Shown here: positions 9,010 to 17,376 of the stretch, one piece after another
Layout of the letters: every line of letters begins with the position of its first letter
How positions within the stretch are numbered: position 1 is the stretch's first letter
NCBI RefSeq assembly: GCF_006345805.1
Contig: NW_021824772.1
Location: forward strand, 1-17,376
Source of the DNA: Octopus sinensis
Lineage: Eukaryota
Reading direction: 5' to 3'
DNA length: 17,376 nt
Translations under genes and position numbers: made by a program
The notes under the pieces: model-generated
What the model was told of the DNA's origin: nothing
Seen by the model: only the letters and a program-made list of their open reading frames with translations
Database searches by the model: none

Positions 9010-9343
9010 AATAATGTCAAAACTATGTACGCCTGTCTGTTCGTGTAATGCATTCTATGTTGCTGCATGTATGTATAGTTGTCTCCGTGACTCTCTGTAA
9101 TGTGTCGTTGTGAAATGTCGTGTGTGGATGTGTGTGCTTAAGGCTGGTTTATATAGTTGCGTGTGTTCTAAATGTGTCTGTAACACGTGACTTGTATTAA
9201 TATTTCTGTGACATGCCTAGCATATGTGCATGTGTATTTTTGCATATATGTGTGTTACTTGCATGAGTTTATGTGAATGTGTGTGTGTGTGTGTGTGTGT
9301 GTGTTGTGTGTGTGTGTGTGTGTGTATGTGTGTGTGTGTGTGT
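9010..9343. repeat. TG-rich degenerate microsatellite ending in a pure (TG)n tract
   Basis: Directly visible. Confidence 0.85.
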
Positions 9344-9347
9344 AAAT

Positions 9348-10185
9348 CTACACCACCGCAATAATTACTAATAATATAATTAACAATACCTCCACCCCAT
9401 CAATAATATCATTACAACCACCACCACCATCACCACCACTACCATCGACAGAGCCATCATCTCAACAATAACTACCACCACTATTGCCATACCTCCCACC
9501 ACCATTATCAGAACTACAACAGCCACAGCCACAACCACCACCTCCACCACAACTACAACTACAGGTACAACAACAAATACCACTACCGCCACCGCAACTA
9601 CCACATCCACCACGACCGCGACAACCATTACCACCATCCACACTACAAATGTCACAACAACACAACCATTACCACTACTGTAATATGCACCAATATTACA
9701 AAACACCACCACTGCAACTACAACCACCAAACCATAAGTACAGCAACCATTACTGTCACTTCCACAACCGCCACAACCATTACCCCACCCACTTTACGAA
9801 CGCCACAACAACAAGCGCTGTCACAACCTCTGCAACAACAATTGCCAGCACCACAGACACTTCCACCACAACCACTAACCACTAGCATGACCATGTATCA
9901 CCATCACCACTACCTCTGTTATCAATACATCTCCACTAACCCCTACCACCACTATCCCTTCGACGCCACCACCATCAGCATCGCAATCACTTCAACCACG
10001 TCACCACTTTAATTTCCATACCATCAGCACCACATCAATACGAACTCTTACTCGCCGTATCCCAGTCTGTTAATACATCAGAGCTAATTACTTCAACCAC
10101 CACCATCGCCACAAACAATTACACCACCACCATCGCCACAAACAATTACACCGCCACCATCTCAACCACCAGCGCCACAACATTT
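9348..10185. repeat. Degenerate (CAC/CAA)n trinucleotide field, including a 27-bp tandem duplication at about 10101-10160
   Basis: Cryptic ACC/ACA repeats. CATCGCCACAAACAATTACACC occurs at 10104 and 10131. Confidence 0.85.
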
Positions 10186-10639
10186 TAATGCTTTAGAAGT
10201 TAGACCTATTGTTGGGTATAATTAGGGTGCAGTTTGCTCAAAAACTGGCAACCGCTTTGCCCTATCAGCTCTAATTAATTAATGACCAGCTATTTCGATA
10301 CTTCAATAACAACAACAATATTCAATGCAATTAATATATTACATGCTATAAAAAAAATAAAAAGCAACAACATTTTACTAAATCAGTTTGTTTCATCAGA
10401 AACGTTTAAAATGCACTTCATTAGCATGTCCGGCAATTGTAAATTTAAAACTAAACATGTAACTCTTAAAATGGCCGATTGTTCAACAATACTTTAGAAG
10501 CTCCTTTTTAGAAGACATTTTAGAGGGAGATTAACCGAATGTGTATCCAATGGCTGGGAAATCTCAATGAAAGGAAAAGGTCAGATGTCTTTCTGAGTCA
10601 AGCATTAAATATACGAAACTGTTTCGGACATCGGATATT

Positions 10640-10783
10640 TTACGTTCAGAGTTTAAATTCAGCCGAGGTCAGATTTGCTTTTCTTCCCTTCTGAATCAGT
10701 AAAAGGAAATATCAAGCAAGTTGCTGGGGTCGAGAGTCAGGAATTACCCCACCCTTCAAAATTGCCGGCTATTTTCGTGCCTA
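10640..10783 (+). mobile_element. Old, diverged SINE family B fragment
   Basis: TTACGTTCAGAGTTTAAATTCAGCCGAGGTCAGATTTGCTTTTC...CTGGGGTCGA...CCCCACCCTTCAAAATTGCC aligns loosely to the family B core and tail. Confidence 0.7.
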
Positions 10784-10943
10784 ATTACTTTGGCTTACAA
10801 ATAGTCTTTTGTTGCTAGTCAGAAAATGGGACCTAGCTATGTCGTAGAAGAATTCTGCGACACAACAGATGTTGGTTTTCATTAATACCTAAACAAAGGC
10901 TGGGCATTAGCAGAATCGGCAGAGCATTAGACAAAAATGCTTT

Positions 10944-11070
10944 GTCTACCAAATCCACTCACATGGCTTTAGTCGGCCCGAAGCTATAGTAGAAAACACT
11001 GGCCCAAAGTGCCACGCAGTGGGACTGAACCCGGAACCATGTGGTTCGTAAGCAAGCTACTTACCACACA
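10944..11070 (-). mobile_element. SINE family A, 5' part
   Basis: The reverse complement matches about 14900-15030 (TGTGTGGTAAGTAGCTTGCTTAC...GGGTTCAGTCCCACTGCGTGGCAC...GTGGATTTGGTAGAC). Confidence 0.9.
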
Positions 11071-11081
11071 CCCAATATATA

Positions 11082-11311
11082 TATTTCATTATTGCCCACA
11101 AGGGGCTAAACATAGAGGGGACAAACAAAGACAGACAAAGGGATTAAGTCGATGACATCGACCCCAGTGCGTAACTGATACTTTATTTATCGACCCCAAA
11201 AGGATGAACGGCAAAGTCGACCTCGGCGGAATTTGAACTCAGAACGTAGCGGCAGAAGAAATACGGCTACGCATTTCGCCTGGCGTGCTAACCATTCTGC
11301 CAGCTCGCCGC
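11082..11311 (-). mobile_element. SINE family B, full length, tail type B1
   Basis: Head, B box, core and tail are collinear with 7384-7610. Confidence 0.93.
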
Positions 11312-11575
11312 ATGTAAAGAAATAATAACACCAGACTTTATTTATTTAACAAAGTTCGATAAACTTCATCAAATAAATTAAATGAAGTAGACTGGATGTT
11401 AAAATAGATTATACTTTTATACCATATTCCCAGACAAAAGGATCAAGATTTCCCTAAAGAAAACATCATAAAGGTCGAATTTGGGCTTAAATGAGATTTA
11501 AAGGAAAATAAAAATAAACAAAAAATCTATGGAAAAAATCCCTATTAAAGGACGAAGATAAATTCATCGTGATGA

Positions 11576-11577
<2 letters not shown>

Positions 11578-11639
<62 letters not shown>

Positions 11640-11650
11640 TAATAATAATG
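11578..11650. repeat. (TAA)n microsatellite
   Basis: Near-perfect TAA tract. Confidence 0.97.
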
Positions 11651-11984
11651 ATAAAGGGTAAAATTAATTAACCAATTTATAATTAATAATCTTACCAAGT
11701 AGTTCGGTTTATTAAAAGAACCATTATCGGCAAACTTATACAAAAATTATTATAACTATAAACATAATTATAATTAAGGTTTAGCAAAATTGCTTCACCA
11801 CATACCGAAATTTAGAAATAGCAGTTAAATACTATTCTACTACCGTAAGGTATCTCCCAGAAGTAACTTCTAAACTGGAGTAAAACAGCATGTTCTTTAT
11901 CTATTTCCTTAAGTTCTTGGAGATTTTACGTATAATTGTACTAATGTATCCATCTGTTCTAATTTAATTAAATTCTATGTCTTT

Positions 11985-12073
11985 GTGCAGCTGAAGATTG
12001 CTCTGTATTTTAAATTGATGTAATGATTGCATTGTTCAATTAAATGGAGTTGCATGAAACGATCATACTGCAT
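11985..12073 (+). ncRNA. Degenerate minimal type I hammerhead ribozyme-like motif
   Basis: Stem I GTGCAG(11985-90)/CTGCAT(12068-73); core CTGAAGA 11991-97; long imperfect stem II; GAAA 12056-59; stem III with palindromic GATC loop; NUH = ATA (12065-67). It has C15.2-A16.2 and T10.1-T11.1 mismatches. Confidence 0.5.
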
Positions 12074-12105
12074 TACCTCTGGATATCCTTGTTGCTTATT
12101 TTGAT

Positions 12106-12107
<2 letters not shown>

Positions 12108-12146
<39 letters not shown>
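12108..12146. repeat. (TA)n microsatellite
   Basis: Directly visible. Confidence 0.95.
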
Positions 12147-12147
<1 letters not shown>

Positions 12148-12254
12148 CAAAACAAATGTATAATAACTGAAAGGCTCAGATTTCCAGTTCTTAGATTTGC
12201 TCGTTTTTGATCTTCAACCGGTAAACCGACCCTGGTTTTCTATTGAATATCCAA

Positions 12255-12411
12255 TGGTGGCCGACTCGTTAGCGCACCGGGCAAAATGCTTTGCGGCCCG
12301 TCTTTACGATTTCAGTTGAAATTCCGGCAATAAAATAAGTTCCATTTCAACACTGGCATTGATCTCATCGACTAGCCTCCCCGCTCCGCCAACATTTCAA
12401 GCCTTGTGCCT
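12255..12411 (+). mobile_element. Diverged SINE family B copy with internal deletion, tail type B2
   Basis: Head TCGTTAGCGCACCGGGCAAAATGCTTTGCGG, B-box remnant GTTGAAATTCCG, core largely missing, tail CATTTCAAGCCTTGTGCC. Confidence 0.75.
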
Positions 12412-12612
12412 GCTAGCACGCCGGCCAAAATGCTTAGCAGCTTTTCGTTTGTCTTTACGTTCTGAGTTCAAGTACCGCTGAGGTCGACTTTGCCTTTCAT
12501 CTAGTTTGCATCGATGAAAAAATAAGTGCCAATTGATCACCGGGGATCGATGCAATTGACTTATCCACACCTCCTGACTTGATGGTCGTGTGCAAAAATT
12601 TGATGTCGTTAA
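12412..12612 (+). mobile_element. SINE family B copy, 5'-clipped, tail type B3, running into (ATT)n
   Basis: GCTAGCACGCCGGCCAAAATGCTTAGC...TTCTGAGTTCAAGTACCGCTGAGGTCGACTTTGCCTTTCATC...GTGTGCAAAAATTTGA. Confidence 0.85.
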
Positions 12613-12694
<82 letters not shown>

Positions 12695-12762
12695 CATCAT
12701 TATTATTATTATTATCATATTATTATTATTATTATTATCATTATCATATTTCCTTATTATTA

Positions 12763-12808
<46 letters not shown>

Positions 12809-12864
12809 CATTATTATTATCATTATCATTATCATTATTATTATCATTATCATTATTATTATTA

Positions 12865-12898
<34 letters not shown>

Positions 12899-12958
12899 CA
12901 TTATTATTATTATTATTATCATTATCATATTTCGTTATTATTATTATTATCATTATTA

Positions 12959-13022
<64 letters not shown>

Positions 13023-13080
13023 CATTATTATTATTATTATTGTTATTATTATTATTATTATCATTATCATCATCATCAAG
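12611..13080. repeat. (TAT/CAT)n microsatellite, about 470 bp, with an internal duplication of about 175-180 bp
   Basis: Interruptions recur: CATATTTC at 12745 and 12926, and the lone G (TGTT) at 12867 and 13042. Confidence 0.93.
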
Positions 13081-13333
13081 ATCATTTTTGTCATCATTTT
13101 CATTCGCATCGTCTTTCAATTTTATTTCCATTTTCAATTTCTTGCCGAGTGTCTTCCTGACAACTAGGGTAGAGAAACGTACTGTATACATTGGTACGTC
13201 ATTAAAACACACACACTAGATTGTTCATTTACAGTCATGTGACAGAGAAAATGGGGAAGACAGAGAAAAAGGAAAAAATAAAAAATAGAAAAGTAAACAA
13301 ATAAAATAAAGTGGGGAAAAGTAAATAAAAAAT

Positions 13334-13957
13334 TTACAGCGACAGTGTTCTTCTCAGTACGTGTGACGTACCAGCTAAGATAATCTTTTGCACTTCCTGC
13401 ATGGATACTAAGCCAGGCATCATTCTTGAATAATTTTCAGTTCCTTTTTTGATCATTCCAAGTGCTCCTACAATCATTGGTATTGTGACTGTCTTGAGAT
13501 GTCACATCTTTTCGATCTCGATTAGCAGATTTTTATATTCTCTGGTCTTATCAAATTCTTTTGCAGAGATATTATGGTCACAGGGTATGCTCATACCAAT
13601 CAGTAAACAGACTTTATTGTTTTGGTCTTTTACAACAATATCTGGTTTATTTGCCTTGATGGTCCGATCTGTACATACTGGGAAGTCCCGAAGAATAATT
13701 ACAGTTATTCCCACAGTTACAGCCTCGGGGTGGTACTTGCACCATTTGTCAGCAGTTTTGATTTTATAATGCCGACACAATACCAAATGTAAATATTGTC
13801 CAACTCTGTCATGTCTTGATTTGTACTCTACAAGTGCCAAAACCTTAGAGATTAGGTTGTCGACTGTTTCTAGCCCATCGTTGCAGTATCTGCACATTGG
13901 GTCTACACCATTTTTTATCACATTGGCTTGACAGTTCCAGGTCAATAATCTCTGATC
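13334..13957 (-). pseudogene. Decayed C-terminal part of an R4/Dong-type (RLE) non-LTR retrotransposon ORF
   Basis: Translates as DQRLLTWNCQANVIKNG..CRYC....ETVDNLI (zinc-knuckle remnant)..YKSRHDRVG..NKPDIVVKD..CLLIGMSIP..KEFDKTREYKNL..EKM*HLKTVTIPMIVGALGMIKK..VLRRTLSL*. There is an in-frame TGA at 13502-13504 where Trp is expected and a terminal TAA at 13334-13336. The RHD and PD..D..K motifs are diagnostic of RLE-type LINEs; the clade assignment is from recalled motif similarity. Confidence 0.88.

Positions 13958-13998
<41 letters not shown>
13957..13998. repeat. (TAG)n microsatellite
   Basis: Perfect tract at the 5' truncation point of the LINE fragment. It encodes the poly-Leu of the 188-aa ORF. 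Confidence 0.97.
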
Positions 13999-14004
13999 TT
14001 TTCA

Positions 14005-14185
14005 GGAGAGCTGGCAGAATCGTTAGCACGCTGGACGGAATGCTTAGCGGTATTTCGTCCGTATTCACTTTCTGAGTTCTTTGCCTTTCGTCCTTTCAGG
14101 GTCGATAAAATAAATACCAGTTATTTAAAGGCAAAAGCAAAAACGAACAAAAAAAATGCTGGCTCTTTGTCAAAATTTGAAACCA
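14005..14185 (+). mobile_element. SINE family B copy with a B-box-spanning deletion, tail type B3
   Basis: GGAGAGCTGGCAGAATCGTTAGCACGCTGG head; GAGTTC joined directly to TTTGCCTTTCG; GGGTCGATAAAATAAATACCAG core; tail GCTGGCTCTTTGTCAAAATTTGAAACC. Confidence 0.88.
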
Positions 14186-14311
14186 TCATTCTCATCATCA
14201 TCATCATCATCATAATCATAATCATCATCATCGTCATCGTCGTCATCATCATCATCATCATCACCGTCCTCCTCATCATCATAATCATCATCGTCATCGT
14301 CATCATCGTCG

Positions 14312-14346
<35 letters not shown>

Positions 14347-14472
14347 GCAATCGTCGTCATCGTCTTCATCATCATCATCATAATCATCGTCATCATCATC
14401 GTCATCATCATCATCATCATCATCAATATCGTCATCATCATCATCATCATCGTCATCGTCATCAACATCATT
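14183..14472. repeat. (CAT/CGT)n microsatellite
   Basis: Directly visible; source of the poly-Met and poly-Ile ORFs. Confidence 0.95.
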
Positions 14473-14796
14473 TGCCGTTACTATTGATTATTCCTCTTAT
14501 CTTAATGCAATTAGTTTTATTGTTATTGCCGTTTATAAACCGCCTTGGAAATAATGTCTTGTCTTATCTTGATGTAATTATGTAAAGATATTTCTAGGTA
14601 AGTGTACAGACACCGTTATCTCTCTTTCCTACACGTTGTTCCGTGATTTATAGATATACATATTAGCAGAAGCACCGCCTCTCGGGCGGTTTGCTGATAG
14701 TCGCTAAATAATATTTACACATTTGATTCCCGGTTTGCGTAATTTTTTTCTATGTTATGTCTAATTTCCTTTACTATCCCGTTTCTTTGCCTAACT

Positions 14797-15604
14797 CTGT
14801 GGTTCTCGACCAGGGTCCATATAAGATTTTTGGGGGATGGTCCACGCAACAAAAGACTAAAGTGGAGATCAACTATAGTTGATATAGGCGCAGGAGTGGC
14901 TGTGTGGTAAGTAGCTTGCTTACCAACCACATGGTCCTGGGTTCAGTCCCACTGCGTGGCATCTTGGGTAAGTGTCTTCTGCTATAGCCCCGGGGCGACC
15001 AATGCCTTGTGAGTGGATTTGGTAGACGGAAACTGAAAGAAGCCCCTCGTATATATATGTATATATATATATATATATATAATATATATATATGTGTGTG
15101 TGTGGTGTGTGGTTGGTGTGTGTGTGTGTTTGTGTGGATGCGTTTGTCCCCCTAGCATTGCTTGACAACGATGCTGGTGTGTTTACGTCCCCGTCACTTA
15201 GCGGTTCGGCAAAAAGAGACCGATAGAATAAGTACTGGGCTTACAAAGAATAAGTCCCAGGGTCGATTTGCTCGACTAAAGGCGGTGCTCCAGCATGGCC
15301 ACAGTCAAATGACTGAAACAAGTAAAAGAGAGAGAAAAGAGAGTATAGTACTTTAATGGACCCTGAAAAAATTCTCCTTTAGATGTATGTATTGGTATGT
15401 ATTGTATGAAACAGCTGGGTTTCTTTCTCTTACATTTTACATAGTCCAACCTAAACAAGTTAATGTAGGAGAAACAAAATAGGAATTTCGAAAGAAGTTT
15501 CTATAAAATTGGTTTTTAAACATCGAATGGCTATGGGGGTCCACCGGAATAAAATACTAGTCAAAGGGGTCCATAAATTTTTTTTAAAATAGTTGAGAAC
15601 CCTG
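14797..15604. mobile_element. Putative hAT-type MITE interrupted by a SINE A insertion
   Basis: Left end CTGTGGTTCTCGACC and right end AGTTGAGAACCCTG resemble the hAT-type TIR CAG(T/G)GGTTCTCAAC. There are repeated internal GGTCCA motifs. No convincing 8-bp TSD was found. Confidence 0.45.
14887..15343 (+). mobile_element. SINE family A, full length, with internal (TA)/(TG) microsatellite
   Basis: tRNA-like head GGCGCAGGAGTGGCTGTGTGG (A box) and GGTTCAGTCCC (B box), internal microsatellite about 15048-15135, tail CAGTCAAATGACTGAAACAAGTAAAAGAG. Other copies in the window align to it. Confidence 0.95.
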
Positions 15605-15668
15605 ATTTAGATGTATGAATTGATATACATTAGAAGAAACATCTAGGTTCCTTTCGCTTACATTTTAC

Positions 15669-15858
15669 ATCATCGTGATCACCGTGACCGACCAGGCTAT
15701 CAGATGTTGCTACATATCGCTGGTCACAATGCGCTTCGCATTGTTTTAGCCTTCAAATGACGCCACCCCGCTGGCTAAGCGAGCAGGCCAACAGACAGAA
15801 GAAAGAGTGAGAGACAGTTGTGGCGAAAGAGTACAGCAGGGATCGCCACCATCCCCTG
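15669..15858 (-). mobile_element. SINE family C, 3' half
   Basis: Reverse complement GGTGGCGATCCCTGCTGTACTCTTTCGCCACAACTGTCTCTCACTCTTTC...CTGATAGCCTGGTCGGTCACGGTGATCACGATG. It shares its central domain with 15862-15960 and is recalled as an octopus tRNA-derived SINE; the head is absent here. Confidence 0.75.
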
Positions 15859-15861
15859 GTC

Positions 15862-16080
15862 ATGTTTATGAGCGAAACACCTAGGCTCCACGCGGCTCCG
15901 GCAGAAGGTAATGGCGAACTTCTACTGACTCTTTCGCCACAACTTTCTCTCACTCTTTCCTTCTGCGTCTTACATCTCACCTGCGACGGACCGGCGTCCC
16001 GTCCAGGTGGAGAGTCTATACGCCAAGGAGACCGAAAAACCGGCCCTAATGAGTCAGGCATGGCTCGAGAAGGAACAAAC
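15862..16080 (+). mobile_element. SINE family C variant, 5'-truncated, with a different 3' tail
   Basis: Central domain CTCTTTCGCCACAACTTTCTCTCACTCTTTC is shared with the adjacent minus-strand copy, followed by an unrelated tail ending CCGGCCCTAATGAGTCAGGCATGGCTCGAGAAGGAACAAAC. Confidence 0.7.
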
Positions 16081-16134
16081 ATGTATACATACATGCACAC
16101 TCTCTGTTTGGCATTCGCCATGATAGATCGCTAG

Positions 16135-16306
16135 CCACTACACATTCTTTATTTTCTCTCCTTGTTTCTTTCTGTGTTCCTTTCTGTGGAGGAGAGTAGG
16201 GTCGAAACGTTAAAGACTTTTTCACTTCTCGAGCGTTATACTAATACATCTGTTGGTTGTCTACACCACTTGTCTTCGTATTTTGTTTTTTTCGTGGATT
16301 CTCCCT
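16135..16306 (+). mobile_element. Dispersed repeat family H1 (second copy) with decayed hammerhead-like motif
   Basis: Homologous to 1327-1505 (minus strand); motif at 16180-16215. Confidence 0.6.
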
Positions 16307-16482
16307 ATATATACTATATATATATATATATAGAATACTATATATATATATATATAGATATATATTGTTATATTTCGGAATGGTCATATTGCCAGTTTAG
16401 CCAATAAAACACACGCACTATATATTTGGTGTTATTTTGCTTCAGTGATATTTTTTTTTTACATTAATCTTAATCTTATTTC

Positions 16483-16526
16483 GGCTAGAGTTCTTTCGTC
16501 ACACTCCTGTGACCGCATCAGTGGTC
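16483..16526 (-). ncRNA. Degenerate minimal type I hammerhead ribozyme-like motif
   Basis: Minus strand: GACCA-CTGATGC-G-GTCAC-AGGAGT-GTGAC-GAAA-GAACTC|TAGCC. Stem II is a perfect 5 bp closed by G10.1-C11.1, A9 is replaced by C, and stem I pairs 3 of 5. Confidence 0.45.
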
Positions 16527-16639
16527 CTTTGTTTTCTTCTTTCGTATTTGTCTCTTCCTTACTAACCGTCAGCCAATTTTGTTTCTATTGTATGTCTTCA
16601 TTTGCGCATGCTTATATCTCTATGTGCGTCTATGTTTAT

Positions 16640-16677
16640 TTAGTGTGTGTGTATATATATGTATGTATGTATGTATG

Positions 16678-16711
<34 letters not shown>

Positions 16712-16746
16712 TGTATGCATGCATGCATGCATGCATGTATGTATGT
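16640..16746. repeat. (TATG)n/(CATG)n microsatellite
   Basis: Directly visible. Confidence 0.95.
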
Positions 16747-16757
16747 ACTGTGTTACT

Positions 16758-16912
16758 ATGGGTTTCTTTCAGCTTTTGCCCACCAAATCCACTCACAAGG
16801 CTTTACTCGGGCCGAAGCTATACAGAAGAAACTTGCCCAAGCTGTCACACAGTGGAACTGAACCCGGGACCATGCGGTGTGGAAGCAAACCTCAAACTAC
16901 ACAGCCACTCCT
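16758..16912 (-). mobile_element. SINE family A, 5' half, diverged
   Basis: The reverse complement AGGAGTGGCTGTGTAG...GGGTTCAGTTCCACTG...TTGGGCAAGT...GTGAGTGGATTTGGTGG...CTGAAAGAAACC matches about 14892-15045. Confidence 0.88.
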
Positions 16913-17086
16913 ATTGAAATGTATTATAGCTTATTATTTGCTTTGCATTAGTTTTCTTTCGATATACGTATTTGTACATTTTAGTATTAATAACCAATAT
17001 AAACACACGACTACAGATGTACAGAGATCGGAAATGATTTTTGTTTTTTTTATTCACGTTCATTGTATGAACTACGATAACATTAC

Positions 17087-17185
17087 CATTGGTCTCAGCG
17101 AAGGAATCAACTGTCGGAAATGCATAACAGATTTCATGTTATAGCCCTTATCTTGTACAGTAATAGTTTCCTATAATGGTTATTT
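17087..17185 (-). other. Candidate 99-nt exon containing a possible start codon (unverified)
   Basis: Strong acceptor TTTTTCTTTTTTTTAG at 17186, upstream perfect donor GTAAGT at 17334 (149-nt intron), downstream donor GTAATG at 17086. ATG at 17137 gives MKSVMHFRQLIPSLRPM ending in phase 0. Confidence 0.25.
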
Positions 17186-17376
17186 CTAAAAAAAGAAAAA
17201 TTATAAAAAGCACTGTGTACCACAGTTATGCTTTATGTTTAGTACAATTGACGTAAATGAAAATAGAAAACACACAGCAAATATGAAAGGACATTGGAAT
17301 CTGCGTAATATAACTGTCGCTGGATTAGACTTACGCTTTGAAGAAGAGTTTTACCGGTATGTCATTTGAAAGTTAC

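Noticed and set aside
13958-14068. N-terminus of the 188-aa ORF as part of the LINE protein
   Set aside because: MNTDEIPLS...LLLLLL comes from the antisense of a SINE B head and a (TAG)n tract. LINE homology starts only at DQRLL (about 13957).
14663-14698. GC hairpin ACCGCC/GGCGGT with extended flanking pairing (possible Helitron end or terminator)
   Set aside because: There is no exact CTAG/CTRR terminus at the expected distance and no identifiable matching 5' end. Intrinsic terminators are not relevant in this eukaryotic context.
14870-15352. Target-site duplication around the full-length SINE A
   Set aside because: Only TATAGT recurs, and it does not directly abut the 5' end; not convincing.

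Overview
Repeat-dense, AT-rich animal genomic DNA, most likely an octopus. This is inferred from recognising octopus-type tRNA-derived SINE families and extreme microsatellite density, not from a database search. No intact protein-coding gene is demonstrable, and almost all listed ORFs are microsatellite artefacts. Supportable features: one tRNA-Leu(UAG) gene (934-1015); many copies of three tRNA-headed SINE families (labelled A, B, C here); a non-autonomous Helitron (2075-2458); a decayed R4/Dong-type LINE 3' end with zinc-knuckle and restriction-like endonuclease remnants (13334-13957); and a probable hAT-type MITE. Two things stand out. First, at least four different dispersed repeat families carry degenerate minimal type I hammerhead-ribozyme-like folds of the kind known from Penelope-like elements, including an inverted pair at 7677-7951. 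Second, a ~1 kb tandem array of seven truncated SINE B units shows an alternating dimeric higher-order pattern (7968-9006). Weak splice signals suggest the window may be largely one intron of a minus-strand gene.
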